DNA of 64,000 nucleotides from Kiritimatiellia bacterium (GTDB lineage Bacteria; Verrucomicrobiota; Kiritimatiellia; CAIVKH01): NCBI GenBank assembly GCA_039807095.1, contig JBDHQM010000007.1, positions 9,388 to 73,387 of the forward strand, read 5' to 3'. Shown piece by piece: positions 56,622 to 64,000 of this stretch (position 1 is its first letter; each line of letters starts with the position of its first letter). The notes under the pieces were generated by a model. It saw only the letters and a program-made list of their open reading frames with translations, ran no database searches and was not told where the DNA came from. The position numbers and the translations under genes were made by a program.

Positions 56622-59600
56622 ATGCGCAATCCACGTATAATTCTAATCTTTATCGGCGCGTTCCTGTTTGCGCCCTTGCTCGCAGCGCGAGCGGCTCCCA
56701 GAACCAATGGCGCTGTTCAGGTGTGGAGTGTGCGGACGAACGACGCCGGACACCGGAGTCTGTTCGTGAATTTGGCGACCAACGGGATCGCAGAAGTAAT
56801 TCCGTATGCGCCGGATGTTGTGCGCGTTCGATTCTATTTTTTGGGAACCACCAACTTCTTTGAGCGCGAAGAGGTTTCGATTGCGAAGCCGCTGGCGCAG
56901 TGGCCGTCGTTTGCAGCGACATTCTCGGCGGCGAGTCCAACGAACTTTTTGATTCAAACTGATCAGTTGAATGTCGAAGTGGTGTTCAGTAATCGCTTCC
57001 AGGTTCACTTCAAGGACTCGCTGGGCCGCGATTTATTGCGTGACCGTCAATTGGAATGGGACAGCGCATATTTCATGGCCAACGACACAAGCGCTTTTGC
57101 ACAGATCAGTTGGCCTGAAGGCTCCGCTGGCGTTTCGAACCGGCCATCAGGCTTCAAGGTGCGATCTGTCAAAGAAATGCCGGGTAATGCCGCCTTTTTC
57201 GGGCTGGGCGATGAGGCGGGAGCGCTGAACCGGCGAGGTCGTGTCTTCCAGTTTTGGACACAGGACACATTTGCCTTTAGCGAATTGCGGAACCCGAAAT
57301 ATACGGCGCTTCCGTTTTGGTATGGCGTGCTGCCGGCTACGACAAATCGCGGGGCCTATTCGTATGGCATTTTCTTCAATAATCCGGCGCGCCCCGTTGT
57401 GGATTTGTCGCTCACAAACGGGACGTACTCATTCGAAGCGGGGGACGATCAGATTGACTACTTCTTTTTTGCGGGCGGGTCAGACAACACGATGCCCGCT
57501 GTCATTGACCGGTTTTCGGAACTGACGGGTCGCCCGATGTTTCTCCCCAAGTGGGGATACGGCTATCACCAGTCGCGGCATAGTTATCTGACCGCGGCGG
57601 AAGTCACGAATGTGATTACGACGTTTCGCGCGTTGGACATTCCCGTTGATGCGGTCTATCTGGATATCGGACATCAGAACAACGGCGGGCAACCGCACCA
57701 GTTAACGTTCAACTCTGCCTACTCGAATCCGCCTGCACTCGTGGGTTATGCGGCAAGTAATGGCGTGCAACTCGTCCCGATTGTTGAGCCGTTGCTGACG
57801 ACAAATGATCCGCTGTATGCGGTGGCTGCATCCAATCTCTACTTCATAAAAGACAATGGGTTGGCGAACTATCTCGGAAGTAATTATCTTGGCTTTGTTT
57901 CCTGGCTCGACTGGTCCATTCAAGGCACGCGTGATTGGTGGACGGGTCTCTTGACGAACTATCTTGCCAGCAACGGTTTTCATGGCATCTGGAACGATCT
58001 GACGGAGCCGAATGAAAATGAGATGCCGTTGAATACCCTTTGGTATCTGGATGGTCGCTATGGCGATTTCACCACAAATGACACGCGCAAATGGACGGCG
58101 GTGAATCGAAATACGTACAGCCTTCTCCAGGCACAGGTGACCTACGGGGCCTTGAAAAAACAGAATCCGGCATTGCGCCCGTTTGCGCTCAGTCGAAGCG
58201 CGTGGCCCGGCATTCAGGCGTATGCCCTCGGGTGGAGTGGCGACAATGCGTCCACGTATGACCACATGCGTTACGATCAGCGCGTGGTCTTGAGCACGAT
58301 GATTTCTGGCCAAGCACAATCCGGCAGCGATATTGGCGGATTTGTTGGGAATGTGAACAGCAGCCTCTTGACCCGCTGGCTGGAAGCGGGGGTCCTTGCG
58401 CCTTTTTATCGAAATCATTCGAATTTTAATACTGCAGATCAGGAGCCCTGGGTGTTCGGAAACAGCGCGACGCTGTTCAATCGGCATTGGATTCAGTTCC
58501 GCTATCGCATGATGCCGTTCCTTTATAGCCTCGCCTATGGCGCGTCTACGAACGGGCTGCCCATGAATGTGCCGACTGCATTTTTCTTTATGTCGGACAC
58601 GAATACCTGGAGGTTGAACGACACTGAATTCCTGGTGGGATCGCACCTGCTTGCAGCGCCGGTTCTCGACGAGAATGTGAATACGCGCAGTCTCTATCTG
58701 CCTGCAGGCGCAACGTGGTTTCACTGGGATACGGACCAGATATATTCAGGCGGGCAGACCGTTGTTGTGCCAGCTTCTCTCTCGCAATTGCCGCTGTTTG
58801 CGCGCTCCGGCGCGATCATTCCGATGGGGCCTGCGATGAAGTTTGTGTATGAGTACGTGCCCGGCTGGCTGGATATTCATGTGTGGCCCGGCGCAACGAA
58901 TCGCTTTGTGATGTTTGAGGATGACGGCAGAACTACAAACTATCTGGCCGGCATTTTTGCGCGCACTCCGTTTTCTCTTTCCGGCAGCGCGGATGCGCTG
59001 AATTTTACCGTTCATGCGCGAACCGGGAGCTTCGATCCCGGCTCGCGCGATCTCTACATCGTCGCGCACGCGATGTCGAACGTGATTTCGGTGACCGCCA
59101 ATGGCGTTCCGCTCGCACGCCGTGCGAATCGGGCTGAATTGACGAACAGCGCGGGGGAGGGCTGGGCATACGACACCGCCACCCGGTTGACGACTGTGAA
59201 AATTGCGGATTCGGGGGCGGAGCGCGTGTTGGAGATGTCCGCAAATTCAGATGCTCCGGCGCCCGTATCCTTCCCCTCCGTCTACACAAGTATGGCTGTG
59301 GCGGGCACCTTCAATCTTTGGAATGAAGCCGCGCAGAATATGCGCCTGGTGAGTTCGTCGCAGTGGGCATGCGTGCTGGCGTTGGAGGCGACTCCGAAGC
59401 TGGAATTCAAATTTGTGGCGAACAACTCGTGGAGTGCAGCGAATTGGGGGCTCAGTACGCAGCCGCAGTTCAGCGTTCCGCTCGCGGGTGTTGGAGTTTC
59501 CAATGCGCCCAACATCGTGATCTCCAATCTTTCGGCAGGTGTCTACACGCTTCACTTTAACGACTCGACGCGCGCGTTCCGGATTGACCACGCTTCCGCG

Positions 59601-59990
59601 ATGGATAGCGATGGAGACGGAATGGATGATGCGTGGGAGCTGTATTATGGATTGAACCCGCTCCTCGCGAGCGACGCGCTTTTGGATTTGGATGGCGACG
59701 GAGTTGTGAATCGAAGTGAATACGTAGCGGGGACCCGGCCGGTTGACGTATTGGACTACTTCGCGATTACTGCACATGCGGCAAGTCCTACAAATGGCGT
59801 GTTGGTGAGTTGGAGCGCCGTTTCCGGACGCTATTACCAGGTATTCTATGCGACGAACCTGGTGAGTGTGCCTGCATTCTTTGCATTGCCGTCGTTCAGC
59901 AATTTGACCGGCAACGGGCCGGTGACTATTGCCGACACAAACGGCGCCCCGCATCGAGCCTATCGGGTCGGTGTTTCGATTGCGCCGTGA
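56622..59990 (+). CDS. Secreted GH31-family alpha-glycosidase with a C-terminal carbohydrate-binding-like domain, a TSP3-like Asp-loop pair and the 'YRV' beta domain.
   Basis: Signal peptide 'MRNPRIILIFIGAFLFAPLLAARA'. GH31 motifs 'GIWNDLTEPNE', 'GWSGDNASTYDHMRY' and 'FYRNHSNF'. The C-terminus reads 'DSDGDGMDDAWELYYGLNP...DLDGDGVVNRSEYVAGTRP...GVLVSWSAVSGRYYQVFYATNL...RAYRVGVSIAP'. Confidence 0.8.
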   Translation: MRNPRIILIFIGAFLFAPLLAARAAPRTNGAVQVWSVRTNDAGHRSLFVNLATNGIAEVIPYAPDVVRVRFYFLGTTNFFEREEVSIAKPLAQWPSFAATFSAASPTNFLIQTDQLNVEVVFSNRFQVHFKDSLGRDLLRDRQLEWDSAYFMANDTSAFAQISWPEGSAGVSNRPSGFKVRSVKEMPGNAAFFGLGDEAGALNRRGRVFQFWTQDTFAFSELRNPKYTALPFWYGVLPATTNRGAYSYGIFFNNPARPVVDLSLTNGTYSFEAGDDQIDYFFFAGGSDNTMPAVIDRFSELTGRPMFLPKWGYGYHQSRHSYLTAAEVTNVITTFRALDIPVDAVYLDIGHQNNGGQPHQLTFNSAYSNPPALVGYAASNGVQLVPIVEPLLTTNDPLYAVAASNLYFIKDNGLANYLGSNYLGFVSWLDWSIQGTRDWWTGLLTNYLASNGFHGIWNDLTEPNENEMPLNTLWYLDGRYGDFTTNDTRKWTAVNRNTYSLLQAQVTYGALKKQNPALRPFALSRSAWPGIQAYALGWSGDNASTYDHMRYDQRVVLSTMISGQAQSGSDIGGFVGNVNSSLLTRWLEAGVLAPFYRNHSNFNTADQEPWVFGNSATLFNRHWIQFRYRMMPFLYSLAYGASTNGLPMNVPTAFFFMSDTNTWRLNDTEFLVGSHLLAAPVLDENVNTRSLYLPAGATWFHWDTDQIYSGGQTVVVPASLSQLPLFARSGAIIPMGPAMKFVYEYVPGWLDIHVWPGATNRFVMFEDDGRTTNYLAGIFARTPFSLSGSADALNFTVHARTGSFDPGSRDLYIVAHAMSNVISVTANGVPLARRANRAELTNSAGEGWAYDTATRLTTVKIADSGAERVLEMSANSDAPAPVSFPSVYTSMAVAGTFNLWNEAAQNMRLVSSSQWACVLALEATPKLEFKFVANNSWSAANWGLSTQPQFSVPLAGVGVSNAPNIVISNLSAGVYTLHFNDSTRAFRIDHASAMDSDGDGMDDAWELYYGLNPLLASDALLDLDGDGVVNRSEYVAGTRPVDVLDYFAITAHAASPTNGVLVSWSAVSGRYYQVFYATNLVSVPAFFALPSFSNLTGNGPVTIADTNGAPHRAYRVGVSIAP

Positions 59991-60103
59991 GTGACCCCTC
60001 CGTGTCGCTATGCCGGGCAGATTTGCCGTGATTTCATAATTTTGAACGGCGGCGCTTTCGCTGTTTGCGAAGCAGAGAGCTTCCCCGTATAACAGGCGCT
60101 CGT

Positions 60104-61330
60104 ATGCAGCTGCCGTTTTCACTTTTCCTAGCCTTCAAGTACATGCGTCCCAAACGCACGTTTCAGTCCATCATCACCATTATTTCGGTGCTGGGCGTGC
60201 TGTTGGGCGTCGCGGTGCTGGTGATCGTCCTTTCTGTGATGAGCGGTTTTGACGACATGTGGCGCGACAAGATTTTGAGCTTCAATGCGCACATCACGAT
60301 TACTGGGTATGAGGTGATTGACGATGTGGATGGGCTGGTTGAAGCGATCGAGAAGACGCCGGGCGTGAAGGGCGCCGCACCGCTTGTGCAGGGACTGGTT
60401 TTCCTGCAAAAGGGCGAGCGCGTGCAGACGCCGATTGCGCGAGGGATTGACCCCGTGCACGAGAAGAAGGTGAGCCGGATTCCCGAGCACATGGTTTTGG
60501 GTGCCTTCGACGTAGATGACGACCATGTGGTGATGGGGCGCGATCTTGCGTTGCAGTTGGGCGCGACGGTGGGCGACAAGATACTCGTTTATTCTCCGCA
60601 GAGTTTTGCTACGGGTGACGAAGTCTATCTGCCGGAGGAATTCACCGTGGCGGGGCTTTATGACCTCGGCATGTGGGAGTTCGATGTCGGGTTTGTTTTG
60701 ACCTCGCTGGATAAGGCGCGCGACCTCTACAAGCTGGAAGAGGGCGTGCACGGGATTCAGGTCATGACAGAAGACCCGTTTCGTGTCGAAGAGGTGAAGC
60801 AACGCCTGCAGGAGGAGTTGCCGCCCTATTATCACATCACGACCTGGATGGAGCAGAATCGCCAGCTATTTGCGACGCTTCGCGTTGAAAAGAATATGAT
60901 GTTCTTCCTCTTGATCATCATCACGATCGTCGCGGCGTTCGGCATCACGAATACGCTGATTACCGTTGCGGTGCAGAAGACGCGCGAGATTGGATTGCTG
61001 AAGGCGTTGGGCTTCTCGAATCGCAGCGTGATGAGTGTTTTCATCTGGCAGGGTTGGATTGAGGGGGCGGTGGGCACCGCATTGGGGGTGGGGGCGGGAT
61101 TATTGATTCTTCGCTTCCGCAATGATCTGCTGCGCCTGCTTTCCTATCGCTTCAACATGGAGCTGTTTCCGAAGGAGCTGTATCACTTGAGTGAAATTCC
61201 GGCGACCGTGTCGGCGCTGGACATTCTGGTTGTTGCGTTGTCCGCGATGATTATCTGCACGCTGGCGGGTGTGATTCCGGCCTATCGTGCGGCGCGTCTG
61301 GACCCTGTGCGAGCGCTGCGTTATGAATGA
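60104..61330 (+). CDS. lolC: Lipoprotein-releasing system permease (LolC/LolE, FtsX-like).
   Basis: 'MQLPFSLFLAFKYMRPKRTFQSIITIISVLGVLLGVAVLVIVLSVMSGF'. Confidence 0.8.
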   Translation: MQLPFSLFLAFKYMRPKRTFQSIITIISVLGVLLGVAVLVIVLSVMSGFDDMWRDKILSFNAHITITGYEVIDDVDGLVEAIEKTPGVKGAAPLVQGLVFLQKGERVQTPIARGIDPVHEKKVSRIPEHMVLGAFDVDDDHVVMGRDLALQLGATVGDKILVYSPQSFATGDEVYLPEEFTVAGLYDLGMWEFDVGFVLTSLDKARDLYKLEEGVHGIQVMTEDPFRVEEVKQRLQEELPPYYHITTWMEQNRQLFATLRVEKNMMFFLLIIITIVAAFGITNTLITVAVQKTREIGLLKALGFSNRSVMSVFIWQGWIEGAVGTALGVGAGLLILRFRNDLLRLLSYRFNMELFPKELYHLSEIPATVSALDILVVALSAMIICTLAGVIPAYRAARLDPVRALRYE

Positions 61331-62015
61331 TGTCACTATCCAGATTGAAGCGACGGATCTGCACAAGACCTATACGTTGGATCGTGTGACGATTGACGTT
61401 TTGCGTGGCGTTTCGCTATCGGTTCGAAAAGGCGAGCGCCTTGCAATCACGGGGGTCAGCGGCGCGGGTAAGAGCACGTTGCTGCATACATTGGGCGGGT
61501 TGGATCGGCCGTCGGGTGGGCGCGTTCGCTTTGAGGAGTTGGATCTCTACAGCCTTTCGCCGGCGGAGCGAACCGAATTTCGCGCGACGCGGGTTGGTTT
61601 TGTCTTTCAGTCGTATCACTTGCTGCCCGAGCTGGATTTGCTGGACAACGTGCTGCTTCCTGCGTTGAGCCGTCCAGGGGCCTTGCGTCGGATTGAAGAG
61701 GCGCGCGCTCGCGCGATGCGGTTGCTGGAGCGCGTGGGGTTGTCGCATCGCCTCCACCACCGCCCGGCAGAGGTCTCCGGCGGAGAGCAGCAACGAGCGG
61801 CCCTAGCGCGGGCGCTGATGAATAACCCGTCTGTGCTGCTGGCGGATGAACCGACGGGGAATCTGGATTCGGCTACGGGCCAGCAGGTGTTGGACTATCT
61901 CTTTGCGCTAACGGAAGAGAGCCGGCATACGCTCGTGTTGGTGACGCACAACGAGAGTGTGGCAGCGATTTGCGACCGACAGTTGCATTTGCGCGATGGT
62001 GTACTTGTAGAGTAG
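61323..62015 (+). CDS. lolD: Lipoprotein-releasing system ATP-binding protein.
   Basis: Walker A '[11 protein letters not shown]', signature '[15 protein letters not shown]', Walker B '[11 protein letters not shown]'. It overlaps lolC by 8 nt. Confidence 0.8.
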   Translation: MNDVTIQIEATDLHKTYTLDRVTIDVLRGVSLSVRKGERLAITGVSGAGKSTLLHTLGGLDRPSGGRVRFEELDLYSLSPAERTEFRATRVGFVFQSYHLLPELDLLDNVLLPALSRPGALRRIEEARARAMRLLERVGLSHRLHHRPAEVSGGEQQRAALARALMNNPSVLLADEPTGNLDSATGQQVLDYLFALTEESRHTLVLVTHNESVAAICDRQLHLRDGVLVE

Positions 62016-62062
62016 AGTGTCTGCCCTGATTTGAAGAGTTTGCATTCAACCGAGGACAACGC

Positions 62063-62932
62063 ATGAAAATCTATTTGAACGGTAAATTGGTGCCTGAGAA
62101 GGCGGCTACAGTTTCTGTCTTTGATCATGGCCTGCTGTATGGCGACGGCGTGTTCGAGGGAATTCGCGCGTATAACGGCCGCGTGTTCATGCTGGATGAA
62201 CATGTGGATCGCCTTTACCGCTCGGCGCGCGCCATCGCTATGGAAATTCCCATGACGAAGGCCGAGATGGCCAAGGCGGTGGTGAAGACCTGTGCGGCGA
62301 ACAAAATCAAGGATGGCTACGTGCGCCTGGTTGTGACGCGCGGTGTGGGCGGGCTCGGCCTGAATCCGTATCTCTGCAAAACGCCTCAGGTGATCATCAT
62401 CGCGGCGGCGATCCAGCTCTACCCGCAGAAATTGTATGAGACGGGGATGTCCGTGGTCACCGTCGGCACGGTGCGCAATCATGTGGAAGCGGTGAATCCG
62501 CGCATCAAGAGCTTGAACTATCTGAACAATATTCTGGCCAAGATTGAGGCAATCAACGCCGGCGTGATGGAGTGTTTGATGCTGAATCCGCAGGGCTATC
62601 TTGCGGAGGCATCGGGAGACAACGTGTTTTTGATTCGCGGAAACACGCTCTCCACGCCGCCACCCTGGTGCGGCTCGCTCGAGGGCATCACCCGCGCGGT
62701 GGTGATGGAGCTGGCGGCCGAGATGGGTATGGAAGTCAAAGAAGAGGTGTTGACCCGTTACGATGTGTACACGGCGGACGAGGTCTTTTTGACGGGAACT
62801 GCGGCCGAGATCATCAGCGTGGTGAATGCTGACCGCCGCCCGATCGGCGACGGGAAACCCGGCGTCAAGACCCGCGAGTTGGCAGCGGCCTTCACGGCCT
62901 TTGCACGCAGCAACGGGACGCCTATTAAGTAA
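62063..62932 (+). CDS. ilvE: Class IV aminotransferase, a branched-chain amino acid aminotransferase (short form).
   Basis: 'VSVFDHGLLYGDGVFEGIRAYNGRVFMLDEHVDRLYRSA' and 'RLVVTRG'. Confidence 0.7.
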   Translation: MKIYLNGKLVPEKAATVSVFDHGLLYGDGVFEGIRAYNGRVFMLDEHVDRLYRSARAIAMEIPMTKAEMAKAVVKTCAANKIKDGYVRLVVTRGVGGLGLNPYLCKTPQVIIIAAAIQLYPQKLYETGMSVVTVGTVRNHVEAVNPRIKSLNYLNNILAKIEAINAGVMECLMLNPQGYLAEASGDNVFLIRGNTLSTPPPWCGSLEGITRAVVMELAAEMGMEVKEEVLTRYDVYTADEVFLTGTAAEIISVVNADRRPIGDGKPGVKTRELAAAFTAFARSNGTPIK

Positions 62933-62941
62933 GATTCTGCG

Positions 62942-63460
62942 ATGCTATGCCAATCGTGCCAGGAGCGAGAAGCGACAGTTCATCTGACTCAGGTGACCGA
63001 TGGTGCTGTGAAAAAGGTGCACCTGTGCGAGGACTGTGCCACGAAGCAGGGGTTTTCCACAGAGGGGCCGATGTCCATGACCGATATTTTGCTGGGCATG
63101 GGTATTGGGAAGACCGGCGAAAGTGCCGGGGTTGAACGCAAATGCCCTCGCTGCCATATGCGGCGTACAGACTTTAAGAAAACCGGTCGCTTTGGCTGTG
63201 CTGAGTGCTATGAAGCGTTTGCCGAGGAATTGCCGCCGCTTCTAAAGGCGATGCACCGTTCAGATCACCACGCAGGCAAAATCCCGAAGCGGGAGGGCGC
63301 CCGGGTGACTGCAAACGCGGAGCTGGCCGCGCTGCAGAAGAAAATGGACAAGGCCATTGCGGCGGAAAATTTTGAAGAGGCTGCGAAGCTGCGCGATCAG
63401 ATTGCACAAACCCGCAAACGCGTGGAGGCGGCAGAGGCAGAATCGCGGGGGGCTCCGTGA
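62942..63460 (+). CDS. mcsA: UvrB/UvrC-motif protein, a McsA-like activator of the protein arginine kinase.
   Basis: N-terminal Cys pairs 'CQSCQ...HLCEDC', 'CPRCH...CAECY'. C-terminal UVR motif 'EEAAKLRDQIAQTRK'. Confidence 0.6.
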   Translation: MLCQSCQEREATVHLTQVTDGAVKKVHLCEDCATKQGFSTEGPMSMTDILLGMGIGKTGESAGVERKCPRCHMRRTDFKKTGRFGCAECYEAFAEELPPLLKAMHRSDHHAGKIPKREGARVTANAELAALQKKMDKAIAAENFEEAAKLRDQIAQTRKRVEAAEAESRGAP

Positions 63461-64000
63461 CGATTGCAGAGCTATTGCAGCGGCCCAGTGCGTGGCTCGC
63501 CGTCGGTGGCGATGAGGGACCGGTAGTCAGCAGCCGGATTCGTCTCGCCCGGAATGTGCGCGACACCGCATTTCCCGGGTGGGCGGGTGTGGATGAATGC
63601 GATCGTCTCTGGAAGCGAATTTTTCCGGTTCTGGAGGCGTTGCCGAGTCTGATACCTGCCATCAGCCTCTCGATGGAATACCTCGACGAGTTGGATAAAC
63701 ATCTTCTTTTCGAGAGACACCTGATCAGTCGTGAGCATGCTGAAAAAAAGAAGGGGAGCGGTCTGGTATTTCGCCGCGATGAGTCTCTCTCCGTGATGGT
63801 TAACGAGGAGGATCATCTGCGCTTACAGGGAATGCGTCCGAATCTTAGCCTGCGCGCGATTTGGAAAGAGATCAATCAGCTCGACAACGAAATTGAGGAG
63901 CGTCTCCACTACGCCTTCTCACCGCAGCTCGGCTACCTGACCGCGTGCCCTACGAATGTAGGTACCGGGATGCGAGCCAGCGTGATGTTGCATTTGCCGG
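63457..64000 (+). CDS. mcsB: Protein arginine kinase McsB (ATP:guanido phosphotransferase fold), 3'-partial at the window end.
   Basis: The GTG start overlaps the mcsA stop. 'IRLARNVRDTAFPGW', 'LVFRRDESLSVMVNEEDHLRLQ' and 'CPTNVGTGMRASVMLHLP' give the phosphagen-kinase signature. Confidence 0.75.
   Translation, partial: MTIAELLQRPSAWLAVGGDEGPVVSSRIRLARNVRDTAFPGWAGVDECDRLWKRIFPVLEALPSLIPAISLSMEYLDELDKHLLFERHLISREHAEKKKGSGLVFRRDESLSVMVNEEDHLRLQGMRPNLSLRAIWKEINQLDNEIEERLHYAFSPQLGYLTACPTNVGTGMRASVMLHLP

Overview
This 64 kb window is GC-rich bacterial chromosome with diderm (Gram-negative-type) features. Almost all genes are on the + strand. The markers are lolCD, a secretin, an O-antigen-ligase-like gene, ADP-heptose genes, and a rho gene with an N-terminal Arg/His/Gly-rich extension. 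The lineage is unresolved; a PVC-group/Verrucomicrobia-like or Armatimonadetes-like origin is a guess.

The first 12 kb is one giant surface-adhesin gene. It is still open at the window's 5' edge and encodes at least 3986 aa. It contains DUF11-type repeats, about 16 tandem SdrD-B-like repeats with Ca-binding 'DxNGDGIQD' loops, and a C-terminal module. It is followed, with 5-nt, 23-nt-overlap and 4-nt-overlap junctions, by three small genes:
- a stand-alone secreted Propeptide_C25-like protein;
- a signal-peptide-bearing peptidase C25 (gingipain/PorU family);
- a free-standing PPC-domain protein.
The adhesin's C-terminal module is homologous to the N-terminal domain of that peptidase. I read this four-gene operon as a candidate dedicated adhesin processing/attachment system, and it is the most novel thing in the window.

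A second recurring signal is a C-terminal module found in four otherwise unrelated secreted proteins. It consists of two bacterial TSP3-like Asp-rich Ca loops ending in 'AGTDPxDP', followed by a ~85-aa beta domain ending 'FYRV/YRV'. It looks like a lineage-specific surface-sorting or anchoring tag.

Other content:
- a tail-fibre-like secreted protein with 14-aa Gly-rich repeats and a Peptidase_S74 intramolecular chaperone, outside any prophage;
- a type IV pilus / secretin cluster (PilM-PilN fusion, PilO-like, PilP-like, giant PilQ with acidic FG-motif disordered regions);
- paired bactofilins;
- housekeeping genes: icd, rfaE2/hldD, argC, murC-like, aroC, guaB, coaE, rho, tig-clpP-clpX, cca, yebC-ruvC, a GH31 glycosidase, lolCD, ilvE, mcsA-mcsB.

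No rRNA, tRNA, CRISPR array, transposase or integrase was seen.
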